Virus record (IMG/VR): IMGVR_UViG_3300023181_000003
Span: 1 to 64,000 of that record
Strand: one strand, 5' to 3'
From: a virus
DNA: 64,000 bases
The position numbers were made by a program, and so were the translations under genes. Positions 60,519 to 64,000 of the stretch are shown one piece after another (within the stretch, counting starts at the first letter, position 1; every line of letters starts with the position of its first letter). Below the pieces are notes generated by a model. The model was not told the origin of the DNA. It saw only the letters and a list, made by a program, of their open reading frames with translations, and did no database searches.

Positions 60519-61451
60519 ATGAACAAGTTTAAGAAAATCTCCCTAGCCGTTACCCTTCTTGTTGCAATGACAGTGGCTCAAGCAGAAAATTTTGTTGTCG
60601 CTACAGGCGACGGCAAGAGTGGAAGCACATATGCACGTATGTATAAAGAACTAGCACAACGTTGCAATTACTCTGCCACTGGTCTAACCCTTGCAGAGCA
60701 AGAAACTACAGGCTCTGTAAAGAATGTGGAGCTACTTACTGGCAATCAAGTGAATGCAGCAATTGTACAAAGTGATCTATTGTTTTGGACTAAGATGAAG
60801 GATGAAACCAAGGTGGCGAATGTTCGCACACTATTTGCTCTACACCCTGAAGAACTACATTTTGTAGCTCGCGCTGACACTAAGAAGGAAGGTGGTTTTG
60901 GTGTAGGTAGTTTTAAGGTGGGTGGTACAAGCATTACATATAATTCTGTTCAAGACCTTACAGGGCGCACTGTAGGTGCTGTAGGTGGCTCTGTGATGAG
61001 TGCTAATGTTGTGTCAGCTAAGAGTGGTCTTAACTTTAGTGTTCAAGAATACCCTAATAATGATGCAATGAAGCAAGATTTACTAGAAGGTAAGATTGAT
61101 GCTATTGTGGCAGTTGGTGGCAGTCCTCTAGGTCTGGTGTCTAGCCTTGATCAACGTTATCGACTTCTGCCTGTTACAGAATCTGTACAGAAGGCTCTAG
61201 CAGATATTTATCAACCTGCAAAGCTTTCATATACAAATCTGAATCAAGCTGGTGTGCCTACGCTTGCAACACAAGCGTTGTTTGTCAGTCGTACATATCG
61301 CTCACAAGATGTACAATCTCAGCTAAAGAAGCTACGGGATTGTTTTGTTAAGGTTGTACCAGATATTCAGGATGCTCGCGGGACGCATAGCAAATGGCAG
61401 AGTGTAGACACTGCCGACAAGGGCAAGTGGGCTTATTACGAATTCAAATAA
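60519..61451 (+). CDS. periplasmic solute-binding protein, TAXI (TRAP-associated) family-like
   Basis: 310 aa; signal peptide MNKFKKISLAVTLLVAMTVAQA. TGSVKNVELLTGNQVNAAIVQSDL, LHPEELHFVAR, DLTGRTVGAVGGS and EGKIDAIVAVGGSP match the TAXI pattern. Confidence 0.7.
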   Translation: MNKFKKISLAVTLLVAMTVAQAENFVVATGDGKSGSTYARMYKELAQRCNYSATGLTLAEQETTGSVKNVELLTGNQVNAAIVQSDLLFWTKMKDETKVANVRTLFALHPEELHFVARADTKKEGGFGVGSFKVGGTSITYNSVQDLTGRTVGAVGGSVMSANVVSAKSGLNFSVQEYPNNDAMKQDLLEGKIDAIVAVGGSPLGLVSSLDQRYRLLPVTESVQKALADIYQPAKLSYTNLNQAGVPTLATQALFVSRTYRSQDVQSQLKKLRDCFVKVVPDIQDARGTHSKWQSVDTADKGKWAYYEFK

Positions 61452-61460
61452 GGAAACATT

Positions 61461-61994
61461 ATGTCTAAATTTAAAATTGGTGATGAGGTAATTACAAACT
61501 CTTTCCTGAGTAAGAGTATCTTATTTGCTCCAGATATGTTAGAATTTTGTTGTAAAAAAGGCATCATTAATTATATCTACCCTAATGGTGCGTACAGTGT
61601 TCATGGTTGGTCATGGCCTGAAAATTCTCTAATTCTAGTAAAGGAAGAACAAATGAATAAAATGCCAGAGCTACAAACAGGTAATCGTGTTGTTTATCGT
61701 AATGGTAAAGTATTTGTGTATATTAAAGATTTAGAAGGTCTTTATACTCTTTCAGGTTTTATGGACTTAGAAGATACAGATACTGAAACAGGTAAAATTG
61801 TTGGTGGTTATAATGATGGTTGGGATATACTGCAAGTATATGATGGCTTTACAAACGGCAATATGCTAGACTTCAATGACCTTGGTAATCTCCTGTGGGA
61901 ATACAAAGAGCCTGCTGTTCCAACAGAAGCAGACCTTTTACGTGAACAAATTAAGGAATTGAAGGGTAAACTTCGGGAACTAGGAGAGGAATAA
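61461..61994 (+). CDS. hypothetical protein (MSKFKIGDEV family)
   Basis: ORF track, 177 aa. Confidence 0.6.
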   Translation: MSKFKIGDEVITNSFLSKSILFAPDMLEFCCKKGIINYIYPNGAYSVHGWSWPENSLILVKEEQMNKMPELQTGNRVVYRNGKVFVYIKDLEGLYTLSGFMDLEDTDTETGKIVGGYNDGWDILQVYDGFTNGNMLDFNDLGNLLWEYKEPAVPTEADLLREQIKELKGKLRELGEE

Positions 61995-62173
61995 TGAACC
62001 TTTGTGATTCATATGTTAAAGAGGTTCTTGGACCTCCAATTTTAAAGTACAACAAATGGTGGCTACCTGTATCTTATTTTTGTTGGAGTATTAATCCTGA
62101 AGAAACAGAACTAATGTTCGATACAAAAGAAGAAGCTCTATCTATTAAACCTAATCATCATTTTCTAAGTTAA
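61994..62173 (+). CDS. hypothetical protein (59 aa)
   Basis: Hand-translated MNLCDSYVKEVLGPPILKYNKWWLPVSYFCW...; TAATG junction. Confidence 0.4.
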   Translation: MNLCDSYVKEVLGPPILKYNKWWLPVSYFCWSINPEETELMFDTKEEALSIKPNHHFLS

Positions 62174-62177
62174 TAAT

Positions 62178-62951
62178 ATGTATAAAATTGTAGGCAGTAC
62201 AGCAGCTAAAAGAATCTTCCCTGAATGGCACCGTGTTTCAGATGTAGATGTTTGGAATGATGGTAGTGATATCTTCCAAGGTATTAAAGGTTATGATGTT
62301 TGCCGTATGCCTACAAATATTCTTGAAGCATTTGAAAGTAAAACAGAATATGCTTCATTGAATGATCTTTACACAATAAAGATTTCTCACATGCCTTGGG
62401 ACATATTTTGGTCGAAGCATTTACAACATGCTTTAGTGTTCAAGAAACATGGAGCACAGATTAATCAAAAGTTATATCTATTCCTTCAAGAGCATTGGAA
62501 TAAACAACATGGCAGTAAAGATTTTCTGTCTTTGTATAAAACAAAATCAGAATTTTTTGATGATGCTGTTGTTAAGATGTACGATCATGATTTTCTACAT
62601 GAGTTAATTGCTTATCCAAATGTTCCTATTTATACAACAGTGCTTAAAGATGGTGAGCAAGTGGCGATTGATAAGAATAAATTTGATGCTTTATCATTTG
62701 AGCAACAGATTAAAATGATGAGAGAAGAGATTGCTGTAATTGCATGCGAAAGGTGGTTGCTAAACCCTAAGAATCGTGGTAAAATGCCAATATCTAGAGC
62801 ATGGTCAATGGCGTTACGTAAGACCACTACAGCACTCACTAAGGGAAGTTATAGTAGGCTGATATGCGAAAATCTTGAGCACTTCATTCACCCTAGTATG
62901 AATGAGATTAATTATTTATTGGAAAGGACTATTTATGGCAAAGAAAGTTAA
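62178..62951 (+). CDS. hypothetical protein, possible nucleotidyltransferase fold
   Basis: 257 aa; N-terminal GS..(10)..DVDVW resembles a minimal NTase G-S ... DxD motif; weak. Confidence 0.55.
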   Translation: MYKIVGSTAAKRIFPEWHRVSDVDVWNDGSDIFQGIKGYDVCRMPTNILEAFESKTEYASLNDLYTIKISHMPWDIFWSKHLQHALVFKKHGAQINQKLYLFLQEHWNKQHGSKDFLSLYKTKSEFFDDAVVKMYDHDFLHELIAYPNVPIYTTVLKDGEQVAIDKNKFDALSFEQQIKMMREEIAVIACERWLLNPKNRGKMPISRAWSMALRKTTTALTKGSYSRLICENLEHFIHPSMNEINYLLERTIYGKES

Positions 62952-63300
62952 TTGGGAGAATCTAAAGGAAGAACTAGATTCTATTTTTGGTGAAGATGAA
63001 CCTTCAATTCTTGATGAGTGGGATGATGAGGAAGTGATTAGTCCTGTTGTAAATTTCTTACAAGGACAAGACATTGAGAAACTAAAAGATGTAAATATTG
63101 AACTTCTGTCTAAACTTGATGAACCAGATTATGATTCACATAGTCAAGGCTGTGGAATTGATACAACTGCGGTATTTTCTTTAGAAGATAAAATTTATCG
63201 AGTTACAATTTCACACTATTCATATAAAGGCTATGATCTAGATTCAGTTCAGGTAGAAGAAGTAGCACCAAAGATTAAACAGATTATTTATTATGACTAA
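62935..63300 (+). CDS. acidic hypothetical protein (tandem paralog 1)
   Basis: Trimmed to the ATG at 62935. C-terminus YRVTISHYSYKGYDLD...IIYYD parallels the next ORF. Confidence 0.55.
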   Translation: MAKKVNWENLKEELDSIFGEDEPSILDEWDDEEVISPVVNFLQGQDIEKLKDVNIELLSKLDEPDYDSHSQGCGIDTTAVFSLEDKIYRVTISHYSYKGYDLDSVQVEEVAPKIKQIIYYD

Positions 63301-63622
63301 AATATATACTCAATACGAAGAACTGAAACAAGAAATTATCTCTTGTCTTGAGTGGAAAGCATGTAAATATAATCCAGAACAATACTATGAAAATTTTGTT
63401 CTCTGCGGCAGTAATATTTTAAATCCTGATAGATTAAAATTTATTACACAAGAAAGCCCCGATGATGAATATACAGGGCAGTGTTACACTATCATTGAAT
63501 TAGATGGTATTTTGTATCGTCTGAATTATACGTATCGTTCACATTACGGATACGAAATGGATTACATCCACATCAATTCTGACGTTAAAAAGAAACAAAT
63601 GGTTGTAGATTATTATGACTAA
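63293..63622 (+). CDS. hypothetical protein (tandem paralog 2)
   Basis: 109 aa; YRLNYTYRSHYGYEMD...VVDYYD; same TATTATGACTAA stop/start junction as the next boundary. Confidence 0.55.
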   Translation: MTKIYTQYEELKQEIISCLEWKACKYNPEQYYENFVLCGSNILNPDRLKFITQESPDDEYTGQCYTIIELDGILYRLNYTYRSHYGYEMDYIHINSDVKKKQMVVDYYD

Positions 63623-63632
63623 AGGAAATAAG

Positions 63633-63830
63633 ATGGAAGAAATTATTGGTTGGGAATATCATGAGTCTAATGGTGATGGTAGTGTTTGTGTGAGAAAATT
63701 TAAGACACTAGAATCAGCAGAAGCATATGTAGAAGCTTATGAAAAGTCTGGTTATTTTGAGGGATTTTGTGATGCAGGCCCATATCCTGTTAAGATTAGT
63801 GATTACAAAGATCGTGTATTTAGTGAATAA
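63633..63830 (+). CDS. hypothetical protein
   Basis: Track ORF 63615 trimmed to the ATG at 63633 (AAAGGAAATAAG upstream). Confidence 0.55.
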   Translation: MEEIIGWEYHESNGDGSVCVRKFKTLESAEAYVEAYEKSGYFEGFCDAGPYPVKISDYKDRVFSE

Positions 63831-63847
63831 ATTTGAAAGGAATTATT

Positions 63848-64000
63848 ATGTCAACAGAACTATTTAAAGAGCTAGAAGAACGTTATGCAGAACTTGACGG
63901 AGATTTTACTGATCTTCTTAGGGGATACGGGAATGATGATATTCCTAATTTTGAATTCATTCAAGCTGAGGGCGGTGGTGAGGGAGGGGCTGAGCACTGT
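63848..64000 (+). CDS. hypothetical protein, N-terminal part (runs off right edge)
   Basis: ATG at 63848 after AAAGGAATTATT; open to the window end: MSTELFKELEERYAELDGDFTDLLRGYG... Confidence 0.5.
   Translation, partial: MSTELFKELEERYAELDGDFTDLLRGYGNDDIPNFEFIQAEGGGEGGAEHC

Noticed and set aside
1-64000. Lysogeny module, transposase/IS, reverse transcriptase (retron/DGR), toxin-antitoxin pair
   Set aside because: No integrase, recombinase, RT (YxDD) or transposase motifs were recognised in any credible ORF. Absence cannot be proven without profile searches.

Overview
The window looks like about 64 kb of a tailed, contractile-tail (myovirus-type) phage genome from a Gram-negative host. It is AT-rich by eye. 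I saw no integrase, repressor, transposase, rRNA or CRISPR array. Genes form four blocks: leftward early genes (1-3980, with an Rnl2-like RNA ligase); a rightward block (4620-32068); a leftward replication block (32151-40789); and a rightward block (41424-64000). The rightward 4620-32068 block runs from homing-endonuclease-like genes through terminase, portal, S49 protease/scaffold, decoration and major capsid proteins, a collagen-like protein, sheath, three tube paralogs, frameshifted chaperone, tape measure, baseplate and fibers to a SAR endolysin, spanins and a holin candidate. The replication block holds a GNAT, a family A DNA polymerase and a T7 gp4-like primase-helicase. The last block holds nucleotide metabolism (DUF4406-like, guanylate-kinase-like, glutaredoxin-like, ThyX, NrdB, NrdA), a metallophosphoesterase, SSB-like protein, FEN, HNH genes, an Rnl1-like RNA ligase, a TAXI-type periplasmic binding protein and many small ORFs. 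The most interesting signals are non-protein: (1) terL appears split at its Walker A codons by a ~220-nt hairpin-rich intervening sequence (candidate group I-like intron), directly downstream of an HNH-AP2 endonuclease gene; (2) a 739-nt ORF-free tract (5094-5832) carries three tRNA-like modules, none fully canonical; (3) two ORF-free tracts of ~400-490 nt, each downstream of an extended -10 promoter, share an ordered ~100-nt motif block, and one is bracketed by a repeated palindromic operator-like 20-mer. All function calls rest on motifs read by eye plus synteny. No database search, tRNAscan or covariance model could be run. Several starts were moved from the ORF track's TTG/upstream codons to ATGs with better ribosome-binding context, and several <60-aa ORFs were added by hand translation.
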